Of a stretch of DNA of 64,000 nucleotides, positions 1 to 14,200 are shown one piece after another. The notes below the pieces were generated by a model. That model searched no databases, was not told where the DNA came from, and saw only the letters and a list, made by a program, of their open reading frames with translations. This DNA comes from Eledone cirrhosa (lineage: Eukaryota): the NCBI GenBank assembly GCA_964016885.1, contig OZ024763.1:22630001-22694000 (forward strand). Reading direction: 5' to 3'. A program made the position numbers and the translations under genes. Position 1 is the first letter of the stretch. The number at the start of each line of letters is the position of its first letter.

Positions 1-1562
1 CTGTATACACACCTGAGTACTTACATACTCTCTCTCCCTCACCTGTACTCCTGCTCACAACACTTACCTGTATACACACCTGAGTACTTACATACTCTCC
101 CTCCCTCACCTGTACTCCTGTTCACAACACTTACCTGTATACACACCTGAGTACTTACATACTCTCCCTCACCTGTACTCCTGCTCACAACACTTACCTG
201 TATACACACCTGAGTACTTACATACTCTCCCTCCCTCACCTGTACTCCTGCTCACAACACTTACCTGTATACACACCTGAGTACTTACATACTCTCCCTC
301 CCTCACCTGTACTCCTGCTCACAACACTTACCTGTATACACACCTGAGTACTTACATACTCTCTCTCCCTCACCTGTACTCCTGCTCACAACACTTACCT
401 GTATACACACCTGAGTACTTACATACTCTCCCTCCCTCACCTGTACTCCTGCTCACAACACTTACCTGTATACACACCTGAGTACTTACATACTCTCCCT
501 CCCTCACCTGTACTCCTGCTCACAACACTTACCTGTATACACACCTGAGTACTTACATACTCTCTCTCCCTCACCTGTACTCCTGCTCACAACACTTACC
601 TGTATACACACCTGAGTACTTACATACTCTCCCTCCCTCACCTGTACTCCTGCTCACAACACTTACCTGTATACACACCTGAGTACTTACATACTCTCCC
701 TCCCTCACCTGTACTCCTGCTCACAACACTTACCTGTATACACACCTGAGTACTTACATACTCTCTCTCCCTCACCTGTACTCCTGCTCACAACACTTAC
801 CTGTATACACACCTGAGTACTTACATACTCTCCCTCCCTCACCTGTACTCCTGTTCACAACACTTACCTGTATACACACCTGAGTACTTACATACTCTCC
901 CCCACCTGTACTCCTGCTCACAACACTTACCTGTATACACACCTGAGTACTTACATACTCTCCCTCCCTCACCTGTACTCCTGCTCACAACACTTACCTG
1001 TATACACACCTGAGTACTTACATACTCTCCCTCCCTCACCTGTACTCCTGCTCACAACACTTACCTGTATACACACCTGAGTACTTACATACTCTCCCTC
1101 CCTCACCTGTACTCCTGCTCACAACACTTACCTGTATACACACCTGAGTACTTACATACTCTCCCCCACCTGTACTCCTGTTCACAACACTTACCTGTAT
1201 ACACACCTGAGTACTTACATACTCTCCCCCACCTGTACTCCTGTTCACAACACTTACCTGTATACACACCTGAGTACTTACATACTCTCCCCCACCTGTA
1301 CTCCTGCTCACAACACTTACCTGTATACACACCTGAGTACTTACATACTCTCCCTCACCTGTACTCCTGCTCACAACACTTACCTGTATACACACCTGAG
1401 TACTTACATACTCTCCCTCCCCCACCTGTACTCCTGCTCACAACACTTACCTGTATACACACCTGAGTACTTACATACTCTCCCCCACCTGTACTCCTGC
1501 TCACAACACTTACCTGTATACACACCTGAGTACTTACATACTCTCCCTCACCTGTACTCCTG
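1..1562. repeat. 63-67 bp minisatellite (CACCTGTACTCCTGCTCACAACACTTACCTGTATACACACCTGAGTACTTACATACTCTCCCTCCCT), runs off the window start
   Basis: About 23 near-identical tandem units; length varies in the CTCC tract. Confidence 0.97.
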
Positions 1563-1694
1563 TTCATAACATTTGTACTCACAATACTTCTACAACCACA
1601 CACACACACAAAACATACACACACATCTGTTCTTAGACATCCACACAAACAGACACCACCTGTATACATATATATATAGTCTTGATAATGTGTG

Positions 1695-1979
<285 letters not shown>

Positions 1980-2007
1980 AAAGAATAGAGGTGTAACACA
2001 CAAGTTA

Positions 2008-2655
2008 TTATATATTGGTAAACGGAATAGAAAATGCTGACAAATTGTTCACAGTTGAAAAATGGTTTAATTAGGAATAAAAGAGTATTAGTGATTGTAT
2101 AGGTTAGTATTCAGTTGTGGTTTTAAGTTTTTAAGTTTTTACCGGTTGCGCATTTCTAAATGCTTTTCAAAAATAATTTTGAGATAGAGTGTCCGTGCTG
2201 TTTGCTCTGATCTGATTAGTTTTGGGAATTCTACCTGTTTTTATGTTAAAAAAGTGGCTCCAGCGTAATTTTTGTGTTGCAAAAATGCTTGTGGTCAAAA
2301 CAATTTTGATTGGTCGGTAGAGGTCATGTGAATGTAAAAAGTTGATTTTGCGCCAAGACTGTTTTTATGTTAAAGACTGTTTTTATGTTAAAATGTTAAA
2401 AAAGTGGCTCCAGCAAAAATTATTACAGGTAGAATTCCCAAAACTAATCAGATCAGAGCAAACAGCACGGACACTCTATCTCAAAATTATTTTTGAAAAG
2501 CATTTAGAAATGCGCAACCGGTATAAACTTAAAAACTTAAAACCACAACTGAATACTAACCCATACAATCACTAATACTCTTTTATTCCTAATTAAACCA
2601 TTTTTCAACTGTGAACAATTTGTCAGCATTTTCTATTCCGTTTACCAATATATAT
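2008..2655. mobile_element. Fold-back element with ~230 bp inverted arms (2008-2238 / 2425-2655) in TA context
   Basis: Arms are near-perfect reverse complements (TATTGGTAAACGGAATAG...GAATTCTACCTGT vs ACAGGTAGAATTC...CTATTCCGTTTACCAATA); the spacer has an internal duplication. Confidence 0.85.
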
Positions 2656-2829
2656 ATATATATATATACATACACACATTATCAAGACTATATATATATG
2701 TATACAGGTGGTGTCTGTTTGTGTGGATGTCTAAGAACAGATGTGTGTGTATGTTTTGTGTGTGTGTGTGGTTGTAGAAGTATTGTGAGTACAAATGTTA
2801 TGAACAGGAGTACAGGTGATATGTGTATA

Positions 2830-2848
2830 AACATATATAGTCTTGATA

Positions 2849-2898
<50 letters not shown>

Positions 2899-2983
2899 TC
2901 TTGATATTGTGTATGTGTGTATATATAGTCTTGATATTGTGTATGTATGTATATATATATATATATATATATAGTCTTGATAT

Positions 2984-3037
<54 letters not shown>

Positions 3038-3043
3038 TGATAA

Positions 3044-3075
<32 letters not shown>

Positions 3076-3140
3076 GTCTTGGTAATGTGTGTGTATATAT
3101 ATATATATAGTCTTGATAATGTGTGTGTGTGTGTGTATAT
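2830..3140. repeat. Compound microsatellite: ATAGTCTTGATAATGTG anchors separated by (TG)n(TA)n
   Basis: About 8 anchors here; related anchors at ~1677 and ~6626 (beyond the LINE). Confidence 0.85.
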
Positions 3141-3500
3141 GTCGTTTTCAAACTCAACTGAGGCACGCTCATACCTTGTAGCCTGTGATAAAGCTAGGCG
3201 TGAAAGTCGGATTGCTTTCCGAACACGCCCTGGTCTTCCACCTGATGTCCGCCCAAAGTTGCGTGCTGCAGCTTCCTTAAACCACAGCTTGGCAGAACAT
3301 GAAAGCTTCAGCCTACGAGATGATGGGCAGATATGGAAGTTTGTTAAGGCTGGCGAAACATGGAAAAGAGACACCAGCTGGTCTGAAAACACTGTACCCA
3401 CAACAACTGACAATAAAGAAACTGAAAAAACTCTGGGAAACTAAACCAGAACAACCTGCCATCCCCTGCACATAATCATAGACTGGAATCAAAGTACAAA

Positions 3501-6262
3501 TTGTTGTCCTTGAATGCACGTAGTCTATGCAATAAGATTCATCTTTTTGACTCCTACGTCAAAAGTATCAACCCTGACTTCATTACAGTCACAGAAACTT
3601 GGGCACATCCCTTACTCTGTGATGGTGTTTTCAGCATGACTGGCTACAACCTGTTTTGTAAAGACCGCATTAATCATCGTGGTGGTGGTGTAATGGTCTA
3701 CATTCGGTCAAATCTGTCAGCAATTCCTTGTGTTGATTTGAACCAATCACAGCAGGAAGTTTTTTTCTGCAATATACGTATGACCATGTCAACACTGCTA
3801 CTTGGAGTCGTTTACCGTCCCCCAAATTACCATCAGGACACTCAACTTTGTGATATCCTCAGAGCTGCTGCCAGGAAGACAGCCACTTATGTTTTCATTG
3901 CAGGAGACTTCAATCACCCAGAGATTGACTGGGAAACCTTTCGTTGGCCGCCAAGTGCAAATGACTTCCTTGAGCTAGTGCTGGACTCGAGTTAGTCCCA
4001 AGTGGTCACCTCCCCAACAAGAGGTGACAACACTTTGGACCTACTCTTCACCACTACTCCTGAAACGGTCATTAGTGTTACTGCTGAGGAACCTTTAAGT
4101 GACTCTGATCATGCTATGATCATTGCCAATCTATCCCTCATGGGCAGTAACAAGAACCACAACCATCTCCAAACTGCTCACTTTGACTGGAATAAAGCAG
4201 ACTGGAACTGTTACTGCACCGAGTTGCAACGGCCAAACTGGCTTGAGTTCTACGACTCTGGAGATGTCAACATTGTACTCCAGAACATCCTGAGCTCAAT
4301 ATGGACAGCATGTGCAGCATCGGTGCCACGTAAGCGGAAAAAACATCCCAAAAGTGCAATTTGGGAGACTGCAGCAGTCCGTCTTGCCAGAAAAGAACAG
4401 CGCAATGCTGAACATGAGTACAAACTTCATAAATCAGACATTAATAGGAAGAGGCGAAATAGATCGTCCAACTACCTCAAACAGGTGACAAAAAAGACAG
4501 TGCTTCAATTTGAGCAGCACATAGCAACCAGCCCTGACAGTAAGGTGTTCTGGAAGTATGTTCACTCAAAGCAGAGGCCTCACTCTCCAGTTGGTCCTCT
4601 TCGCAATCCCCACACAAGCCAGGTTACTGACGACCCCAAGGAATGCGCAGAGCTCATTGCTGAATGCTATGCAGGCATTTTCCCTATTGAAGACCAGAGT
4701 GTACCATCTCCACCACCTATGACACCGGACTCTATTACAACCATGGAATTTACACCTGCAATGCTGCGACGTCACCTAAAAATTAAACGCAACCATGCCT
4801 CTCCTGGTCTTGATGGTGTTACGTACCTGCTTCTTAAACGTGGTGGGTACTTCCTTCTGCACCAGTTATCACGATTCTTCCAATTCTGTCTGAACAACGG
4901 TGCTACTCCAGAACAGTGGAAAACTGCCAGTGTCATTCCTCTGTTCAAAAGGGTGACCGCACATCACCTGTCAACTATCGTCCAGTCAGTCTTACTAGCT
5001 GCATTGCCAAACTGATGGAATCCTGTGTCAAAGAAACACTTAGGAACTTCTGGAACTCTCACAGTCTTATCTGGCCCCCGCAATTTGGATTTATCCCTAA
5101 CTCCAGCTGCTGCGATCAACTTATTGAGTTTCTTGAAGACATCACCCGGATCAGTGATGGCAGCTCGTGGGTGGATGTATGCTTACCTTGACTTTGCTAA
5201 AGCTTTCAATTCTATCCCACACAAAAGACACATGGCAAAACTCTCTGCAATGGGTGTGAAAGATGATCTTTTTAACTGGTTGAAGTCCTTCATTCTCAGT
5301 CGAAGAGAGGTAGTCACGGTTCTAGGACAGCATTCCTCACCATATGAGATGTCATCTGGTGTAACACAGGGATCTGTTATTGGTCCCCTTTTGTTTGTGG
5401 CATATATTAATGACATAGATGCCAACTTAAAGAATGTCACAGTACTGAAATATGCAGATAACATCAAGCTGTACCTTGAGATAAAAAGGACAGATCCTGA
5501 ACACTATAGATTTTGCTTGCAGTCTGACCTGGACACAATGCAACAATGGATCTCAGACTGGAAACTCAAGCTAGCTGTGGACAAGTGCACCACCATGCAT
5601 TTTGGGAGTAAAAACCCAGCGTCCACATACTCCCTCCACAGCACTAATATCAAGAAGTCTTCTTGTGAACGTGACCTGGGCATTATGGTCAGCAGCGATT
5701 TGCGTTGGACGAAGCACGTCTCTAAAATTGTCAAGAGGGCCGAGGGTATCTTCGCATCACTCAGCAAGACCTTTGTCAACTGCTCTCCAGATATCTATTT
5801 AAGGCTGTACATGGCTATGGTGTGGCCACACTTAGAATTTGCATCACCAGTCTGGAACCCCTATCTTGCTCAGAACATTAACTGCCTGGAAACTGTTCAG
5901 AGACGTGTAGCAAAGCAATACCCTCCACCAGGCATCTACCATACTCTGAGCGCCTTGCTTCCCTGGGCATGGATACATTGAAGCTCCGACGCCTGGCAAC
6001 TGACTTGGTAAACACCCACAAAATTGTTAACCATCTTGCCAACAACAGCCCTGAGTACCTTTTTAATTTCCATGTGTCTAACACACGTGGACATGCCCAC
6101 AAAGTCAGAAAACAGCACAGTTCACATGACTTTCGGAAACATTTTTTCACGCTCAGAGTTGCTGAAGCATGGAACAAACTACCCGCATCAGTTGTTAACT
6201 GTCGAGACACTGCATCCTTTAAGGCCTCCATGCTTCCCGAGATTCGCCAACACTACACCTAA
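3501..6262 (+). pseudogene. LINE ORF2 (AP endonuclease + reverse transcriptase), inactivated
   Basis: In-frame TAG at 3993-3995; frameshifts near 4950, 5180 and 5920-5970; catalytic YADD changed to YADN (~5451-5462). Confidence 0.9.
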
Positions 6263-6352
6263 TGTTCCCCGTCCATACACATACACACATGTATACCATG
6301 ACTCATACACTATTCACTTCCCTGACATTTGTGTATTATTCTATGTACTATA

Positions 6353-6538
6353 AGGGCAGTGGATTGGCAGTATCGGTAGAGGGTCGAACGCCATGCTTTG
6401 CAGCATAGTTACGTCCCTTTACGATCTGAGTTCAAATCCCGCCGAGGTTGACTTTGCCTTTCATCCTTACGGGGTCGATAAAATAAAGTACCAGTAACGC
6501 ACTGGGTAATTATTGGCCTTGTGCCTAAAGTAGAAACA
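6353..6538 (+). mobile_element. tRNA-derived SINE (Meta-domain-like core) nested in the LINE 3' UTR
   Basis: A-box-like TGGCAGTATCGG, B-box GAGTTCAAATCC, core GCCTTTCATCCTTACGGGGTCGATAAAATAAAGTACCAG; 18 bp TSD ATTATTCTATGTACTATA (6335-6352 / 6539-6556). Confidence 0.9.
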
Positions 6539-6682
6539 ATTATTCTATGTACTATACATACACCTTTGACGAGTTGTAGTGCACCTGAGCACTTTACACA
6601 ATAATTTCATTATTATTATTATATATAGTGTTGATATTGTGTGTACATGTGTCTTGATGTGTATGTCCTTCTCATTGTCCAG

Positions 6683-6794
6683 GGTACGCCATAGCGGTCA
6701 GCTTGAGGATAATGGAGACTTTACAGATTTCTATGTGCTGCCACCTAGTGGAGATATTTCTGATCAGAGACTGTTGCAAGAATACCAAGATGAG
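6683..6794 (+). CDS. CCDC50: CCDC50-like gene, internal exon A (VRHSGQLEDNGDFTDFYVLPPSGDISDQRLLQEYQDE); upstream exons lie outside the window
   Basis: Acceptor TTGTCCAG, donor GTAAGT; ends phase 0 and joins in frame to the next exon, forming QDE|ELAQLIQEQE. The gene name comes from motif recognition only. Confidence 0.75.
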
Positions 6795-7072
6795 GTAAGT
6801 CAGTTGTCCCTGTTGTGTTAAGGATCTTGGAGAGGAGGAATTACAGGGGGTTAAACGAAGGAGAGGGAGTTGATAGAAAGTGTGGGGATAAACTCTTCAT
6901 AGCTTATATGGGAGTACTAAGAGGACGTAAGCCAGTTGTTCCTGTTGTGTTGAGGATTGATGATAGGGGTCAAATGAACAAGGGTTAGGATTGATAAATG
7001 TGTGTGGGGGCTAAACCCCTTCATAATTTATAACTGACCCTTAAAAAGAAGATTAGTGTGGATTTGTTTAAC

Positions 7073-8365
7073 TTAACCCTTTAGCATTTACATTACTCTA
7101 TCCGACCAGAATTCTCTCACCTCTTTCTGTTCCAACCGGGCGTAACTAGCCACTCATACTTATGTTAAGATATTGTTCTCAAAATAAATATCAAAATCTC
7201 ATAGATTCTATATTATGTAAGATAAAGCCTTTACCATGAAAATATAATAGTAAATATAGAGTAATGTAAATGTTATGTGAGGTAAAGCCTTTACTGTGAA
7301 AATATAATAGTATATATAGAGTAATGTAAATGTTATGTGAGATATTATGTGAGGTAAAGCCTTTACTGTGAAAATACAATAGTATATATAGAGTAATGTA
7401 AATGTTATGTGAGATATTATGTGAGGTAAAGCCTTTACTGTGAAAATACAATAGTATATATAGAGTAATGTAAATGTTATGTGAGATATTATGTGAGGTA
7501 AAGCCTTTACTGTGAAAATACAATAGTATATATATAGAGAAATGTTATGTGAGGTAAAGCCTTTACTGTGAAAATACAATAGTATATATAGAGTAATGTA
7601 AATGTTATGTGAGATATTATGTGAGGTAAAGCCTTTACTGTGAAAATACAATAGTATATATAGAGTAATGTAAATGTTATGTGAGATATGTGAGGTAAAG
7701 CCTTTACTGTGAAAATACAATAGTATATATATAGAGAAATGTTATGTGAGGTAAAGCCTTTACTGTGAAAATACAATAGTATATATAGAGTAATGTAAAT
7801 GTTATGTGAGGTAAAGCCTTTACTGTGAAAATACAATAGTATATATAGAGTAATGTAAATGTTATGTGAGGTAAAGCCTTTACTGTGAAAATACAATAGT
7901 ATATATAGAGTAATGTAAATGTTATGTGAGATATTATGTGAGATAAAGCCTTTACTGTGACAATACAATAGTATATATAGAGTAATGTAAATGTTATGTG
8001 AGGTATTATGTGAGGTAAAGCCTTTACTGTGAAAATACAATAGTATATATAGAGTAATGTAAATGTTATGTGAGATATTATGTGAGGTAAAGTCTTTACT
8101 GTGAAAATATAATAGTATATATAGGGTAATGTAAATGTTATGTGAGGTATTATGTGAGGTAAAGCCTTTACTGTGAAAATATAATAGTATATATAGGGTA
8201 ATGTAAATGTTATGTGAGGTATTATGTGAGGTAAAGCCTTTACTGTGAAAATATAATAGTATATATAGGGTAATGTAAATGTTATGTGAGGTATTATGTG
8301 AGGTAAAGCCTTTACTGTGAAAATATAATAGTATATATAGGGTAATGTAAATGCTAAAGGGTTAA
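7073..8365 (+). mobile_element. TTAA-flanked piggyBac-type MITE with an internally expanded 48-72 bp minisatellite
   Basis: TTAACCCTTTAGCATTTACATTAC ... GTAATGTAAATGCTAAAGGGTTAA inverted termini; tandem array at ~7210-8350. Confidence 0.9.
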
Positions 8366-8377
8366 GTTTTATCACTT

Positions 8378-8760
8378 CAAATTCTTGATTATTTTCAAAA
8401 TTATTTCAAATACCTAGGTTTCCTATCATGTTCACCCTCAACAGATGTTCAACTTATTTATATTTTTCGTATAAACCTGTGTTAAGTTATATTCCAAACA
8501 CTAACTTAATAATGAGAAAGTTAGTTATATTAACTAAATCCTTTCAAATTCTTGATTATTTTCCAAATGATTTCAATCAACAAATACTCGGGTCACCTAT
8601 TATTTTCACCCTCAACAGATGTGCAGTTTATTTATATTTTACGTATAAACCTGTGTTAAGTTATGTTCCAAACTAAATCCCTTCAAATTCTTGATTATTT
8701 TCCAAATTATTTCAATCAAGAAATACTTGGGTCTCCTATTATTTTCACCCTCAACAGGTG
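8378..8760. repeat. Degenerate direct repeats (~140-170 bp) containing AAATTCTTGATTATTTTC and TTCACCCTCAACAG
   Basis: Three diverged copies; probably MITE-internal sequence. Confidence 0.65.
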
Positions 8761-8904
8761 TGCAACAAACTGTTCTGTCTGTTATCTTTAGAAACGAAAG
8801 CAGCAGATTTAGCCTTTTTTTTTTTTTGTTAAATTTCATTCTTTTTTTTGTTGTTGTTGTAATCTGTCTTTTACTTCTGAAGCTAATGTTTCATGTTTCT
8901 TCAG

Positions 8905-8940
8905 GAACTTGCTCAGTTAATACAAGAACAAGAACACAAG
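8905..8940 (+). CDS. CCDC50: CCDC50-like gene, 36 nt exon B (ELAQLIQEQEHK)
   Basis: TTTCTTCAG acceptor, GTATGT donor, phase 0-0; completes an MIU-like helix. Too short for the ORF track. Confidence 0.8.
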
Positions 8941-9338
8941 GTATGTTTTAGTTCTTCTGTTCTTTCAACGATTCCCTTTTAATCCTCGGACAATTGGGGG
9001 ACGGTTGACACAGTCGTTTTTTTTGTTGGTTTAGGGTTTTTTTATGTTTTGTTATAAAAAAAAACCTGTGGTTACAAACTAAACTGATGAGCTTTCTCTT
9101 TCTTGTGTCTCATCTTCATGAGATTTAAACATAGAACCAGATTTGTGGCTTGGATGTTGTTAAAAGCTGCCAAAATTTGGATTGTGTATCCAAGATCTGG
9201 TCCTTTTCACTAATCTATAAGAGCTGTAATTTTGAATAAGAACTAACTCTTTCTTATAAATATTTTCATTAAAATATTGTTCCGATGAGCTTTCTGCTTT
9301 CTTGCCTTGTCTTTGTGGGTTTAACCGTAGTACCAGAT

Positions 9339-9552
9339 GGAGGCACGTGGCTTAGTGGTAAGGGTGTTGGTCTTACAATCATAATGTGGGTTTGATTCCT
9401 GGTCTGGGTTGTGTGTTGTGTTCTTGAGCAAAACACTTCATTTCACGTTGCTCCAGTATACTCAGCTGAAAATGAATACCAGCAATAACTGGGGGTTTAA
9501 CCATGAAACCAGGATAAGTACCGGCCTCGTGAGACTCCGAGCTTGAGACGGA
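9339..9552 (+). mobile_element. tRNA-derived SINE head and core (CORE-like TGTTCTTGAGCAAAACACTT)
   Basis: A-box TGGCTTAGTGG, degenerate B-box GGTTTGATTCC; same family at 26381, 26821 and 61500; ACCAGAT flanks the SINE plus the following array (9332-9338 / 10577-10583). Confidence 0.8.
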
Positions 9553-10570
9553 TTTTAACCCTGCATTGGACTGGTGTCTTGTCCAGGGGAAGTCTTGTAC
9601 TCTCAATTGCTTCAAGCCATTAAACCAGGATAAGCACCGGTCTAATGACCTTTCTGGTTTAAGGCAGACTTTAACCCTGCGATGGACTGGTGTCTTGTCC
9701 AGGGGAAGTCTTGCACTCTCAGTCACTTCACGCCATGAAACTGGGATAAGCACCTAACAAGCCTTCTGACTTAAGACAGACTTTAACCCTGCAATGGACT
9801 GGTGTCTTGTCCAGGGGAAGTCTTGCACTCTCAGTCACTTCACGCCATGAAACTGGGATAAGCACCTAACAAGCCTTCTGACTTAAGGCAGACTTTAACC
9901 CTGCAATGGACTGGTGTCTTGTCCAGGGGAAGTCTTGCACTCTCAGTCACTTCACGCCATGAAACTGGGATAAGCACCTAACAAGCCTTCTGACTTAAGA
10001 CAGACTTTAACCCTGCAATGGACTGGTGTCTTGTCCAGGGGAAGTCTTGCACTCTCAGTCACTTCACGCCATGAAACTGGGATAAGCACCTAACAAGCCT
10101 TCTGACTTAAGGCAGACTTTAACCCTGCAATGGACTGGTGTCTTGTCCAGGGGAAGTCTTGCACTCTCAGTCACTTCACGCCATGAAACTGGGATAAGCA
10201 CCTAACAAGCCTTCTGACTTAAGACAGACTTTAACCCTGCAATGGACTGGTGTCTTGTCCAGGGGAAGTCTTGCACTCTCAGTCACTTCACGCCATGAAA
10301 CTGGGATAAGCACCTAACAAGCCTTCTGACTTAAGGCAGACTTTAACCCTGCAATGGACTGGTGTCTTGTCCAGGGGAAGTCTTGCACTCTCAGTCACTT
10401 CACGCCATGAAACTGGGATAAGCACCTAACAAGCCTTCTGACTTAAGACAGACTTTAACCCTGCAATGGACTGGTGTCTTGTCCAGGGGAAGTCTTGCAC
10501 TCTCAGTCACTTCACGCCATGAAACTGGGATAAGCACCTAACAAGCCTTCTGACTTAAGACAGACTTTAG
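9553..10570. repeat. 112 bp tandem repeat (~9 copies) derived from the SINE 3' part
   Basis: CTTTAACCCTGCAATGGACTGG recurs at 9781, 9893, 10005 and onward; units alternate AAGGCAGA/AAGACAGA. Confidence 0.95.
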
Positions 10571-10622
10571 ACTTGAACCAGATTTGTGGCCAGGCCTCGC
10601 TCCTCATTCCTTTAGTTTCTGC

Positions 10623-10903
10623 TTCCTTACCTCATCTTCATAGGTTTAACCATAGCACCAGATTCCTTACCTCATCTTCATAGGTTTAACCATAGCACCA
10701 GATTCCTTACCTCATCTTCATAGGTTTAACCATAGCACCAGATTCCTTACCTCATCTTCATAGGTTTAACCATAGCACCAGATTCCTTACCTCATCTTCA
10801 TAGGTTTAACCATAGCACCAGATTCCTTACCTCATCTTCATAGGTTTAACCATAGCACCAGATTCCTTACCTCATCTTCATAGGTTTAACCATAGCACCA
10901 GAT
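10623..10903. repeat. 40 bp minisatellite x7 (TTCCTTACCTCATCTTCATAGGTTTAACCATAGCACCAGA)
   Basis: Identical units; diverged single relatives at ~9110 and ~9300. Confidence 0.97.
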
Positions 10904-11214
10904 TTACAGTTGAAGTTGCTAAACAAAATAATAAATTCTATTCTGATAGTTTCTTCCATCGCACATCTCACCTATAGAATTCTCTCCTGGCTCCTTGCTT
11001 ACTAATGATAAAGTTTATATTACTAAATCCCTCCAAATTTGTGATAATCTCTTCCGTTCATTGCTTAATAATCCTCACACTTTCCCTCCTTTTCCTCTCC
11101 TTTGTAGTCTTTTACAATGTTACTTTCTTTTTTTTTTTAATTGATTTCTATTGATCTGTTTCTTTTGAATATTTCATATTGATTTTATATATATTACATA
11201 AATTGTGTTTATAT

Positions 11215-14200
11215 GTAGACATAGACAGTGTCTTTCATTAGAAATATGGTAATGAAGGGGTTAATGACATAGACAGTGTCTTTCATTAGAAATATGGTAA
11301 TGAAAGGGTTAATGACATAGACAGTGTCTTTCATTGGAAATATGGTAATGAAGGGGTTAAAGACATAGACAATGTCTTTCATTAGAAATATGGTAATGAA
11401 AGGGTTAAAGACATAGACAGTGTCTTTCATTAGAAATATGGTAATGAAAGGGTTAAAGAGATAGACAATGTCTTTCATTAGAAATATGGTAATGAAAGGG
11501 TTAATGATATAGACAGTGTCTTTCATTAGAAATATGGTAATGAAAGGGTTAATGACATAGACAGTGTCTTTCATTAGAAATATGGTAATGAAAGGGTTAA
11601 TGACATAGACAGTGTCTTTCATTAGAAATATGGTAATGAAAGGGTTAATGACATAGACAGTGTCTTTCATTAGAAATATGGTAATGAAAGGGTTAATGAC
11701 ATAGACAGTGTCTTTCATTAGAAATATGGTAATGAAAGGGTTAATGACATAGACAGTGTCTTTCATTAGAAATATGGTAATGAAAGGGTTAATGACATAG
11801 ACAGTGTCTTTCATTAGAAATATGGTAATGAAAGGGTTAAAGACATAGACAGTGTCTTTCATTAGAAATATGGTAATGAAAGGGTTAATGACATAGACAG
11901 TGTCTTTCATTAGAAATATGGTAATGAAGGGGTTAATGACATAGACAGTGTCTTTCATTAGAAATATGGTAATGAAAGGGTTAATGACATAGACAGTGTC
12001 TTTCATTAGAAATATGGTAATGAAAGGGTTAAAGACATAGACAGTGTCTTTCATTAGAAATATGGTAATGAAAGGGTTAAAGACATAGACAGTGTCTTTC
12101 ATTAGAAATATGGTAATGAAAGGGTTAAAGACATAGACTGTGCCTTTCATTAGAAATATGGTAATGAAAGGGTTAAAGACATAGACAGTGTCTTTCATTA
12201 GAAATATGGTAATGAAAGGGTTAAAGACATAGACAGTGTCTTTCATTAGAAATATGGTAATGAAAGGGTTAATGACATAGACAGTGTCTTTCATTAGAAA
12301 TATGGCAATGAAAGGGTTAAAGACATAGACAGTGTCTTTCATTAGAAATATGGTAATGAAAGGGTTAAAGACATAGACTGTGCCTTTCATTAGAAATATG
12401 GTAATGAAGGGGTTAATGACATAGACAGTGTCTTTCATTAGAAATATGGTAATGAAAGGGTTAAAGACATAGACAGTGTCTTTCATTAGAAATATGGTAA
12501 TGAAAGGGTTAAAGACATAGACTGTGCCTTTCATTAGAAATATGGTAATGAAGGGGTTAATGACATAGACAGTGTCTTTCATTAGAAATATGGTAATGAA
12601 AGGGTTAATGACATAGACGGTGTCTTTCATTAGAAATATGGTAATGAAAGGGTTAATGACATAGACAGTGTCTTTCATTAGAAATATGGTAATGAAAGGG
12701 TTAATGACATAGACAGTGTCTTTCATTAGAAATATGGTAATGAAAGGGTTAAAGACATAGACAGTGTCTTTCATTAGAAATATGGTAATGAAAGGGTTAA
12801 AGCCATAGACTGTGTCTTTCATTAGAAATATGGTAATGAAGGGGTTAATGACATAGACAGTGTCTTTCATTAGAAATATGGTAATGAAAGGGTTAATGAC
12901 ATAGACAGTGTCTTTCATTAGAAATATGGTAATGAAAGGGTTAATGACATAGACAGTGTCTTTCATTAGAAATATGGTAATGAAAGGGTTAATGACATAG
13001 ACAGTGTCTTTCATTAGAAATATGGTAATGAAAGGGTTAAAGACATAGACAGTGTCTTTCATTAGAAATATGGTAATGAAGGGGTTAATGACATAGACAG
13101 TGTCTTTCATTAGAAATATGGTAATGAAAGGGTTAATGACATAGACAGTGTCTTTCATTAGAAATATGGTAATGAAAGGGTTAAAGACATAGACAGTGTC
13201 TTTCATTAGAAATATGGTAATGAAAGGGTTAAAGACATAGACTGTGCCTTTCATTAGAAATATGGTAATGAAGGGGTTAATGACATAGACAGTGTCTTTC
13301 ATTAGAAATATGGTAATGAAAGGGTTAATGACATAGACAGTGTCTTTCATTAGAAATATGGTAATGAAAGGGTTAATGACATAGACAGTGTCTTTCATTA
13401 GAAATATGGTAATGAAAGGGTTAATGACATAGACAGTGTCTTTCATTAGAAATATGGTAATGAAAGGGTTAAAGACATAGACAGTGTCTTTCATTAGAAA
13501 TATGGTAATGAAAGGGTTAAAGCCATAGACTGTGTCTTTCATTAGAAATATGGTAATGAAGGGGTTAATGACATAGACAGTGTCTTTCATTAGAAATATG
13601 GTAATGAAAGGGTTAATGACATAGACAGTGTCTTTCATTAGAAATATGGTAATGAAAGGGTTAATGACATAGACAATGTCTTTCATTAGAAATATGGTAA
13701 TGAAAGGGTTAATGACATAGACAGTGTCTTTCATTAGAAATATGGTAATGAAAGGGTTAAAGACATAGACAGTGTCTTTCATTAGAAATATGGTAATGAA
13801 AGGGTTAAAGACATAGACAGTGTCTTTCATTAGAAATATGGTAATGAAAGGGTTAAAGCCATAGACTGTGTCTTTCATTAGAAATATGGTAATGAAGGGG
13901 TTAATGACATAGACAGTGTCTTTCATTAGAAATATGGTAATGAAAGGGTTAATGACATAGACAGTGTCTTTCATTAGAAATATGGTAATGAAAGGGTTAA
14001 TGACATAGACAGTGTCTTTCATTAGAAATATGGTAATGAAAGGGTTAATGACATAGACAGTGTCTTTCATTAGAAATATGGTAATGAAAGGGTTAAAGAC
14101 ATAGAGAGTGTCTTTCATTAGAAATATGGTAATGAAGGGGTTAATGACATAGACAGTGTCTTTCATTAGAAATATGGTAATGAAAGGGTTAAAGACATAG

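Larger units (their letters stand above)
3140..6621 (+). mobile_element. 5'-truncated CR1-clade non-LTR retrotransposon (ORF1 tail, disrupted ORF2, 3' UTR, (ATT)n tail)
   Basis: ORF1 remnant ends ...EKTLGN* at 3444. ORF2 has APE motifs (NARS, TETW, YRPP, GDFN, LDL, SDH), RT motifs (NYRPVSL, QFGF, LDFAKAF, QGSVIGP, YADN) and CR1-type C-terminal motifs (ERDLG, HLEFASPVWNP, TRGH, FFTLRVAEAWNKLP). It ends in CATTATTATTATT. Confidence 0.93.

Noticed and set aside
6353-6445. tRNA gene
   Set aside because: A/B boxes belong to a SINE head with TSDs; no cloverleaf
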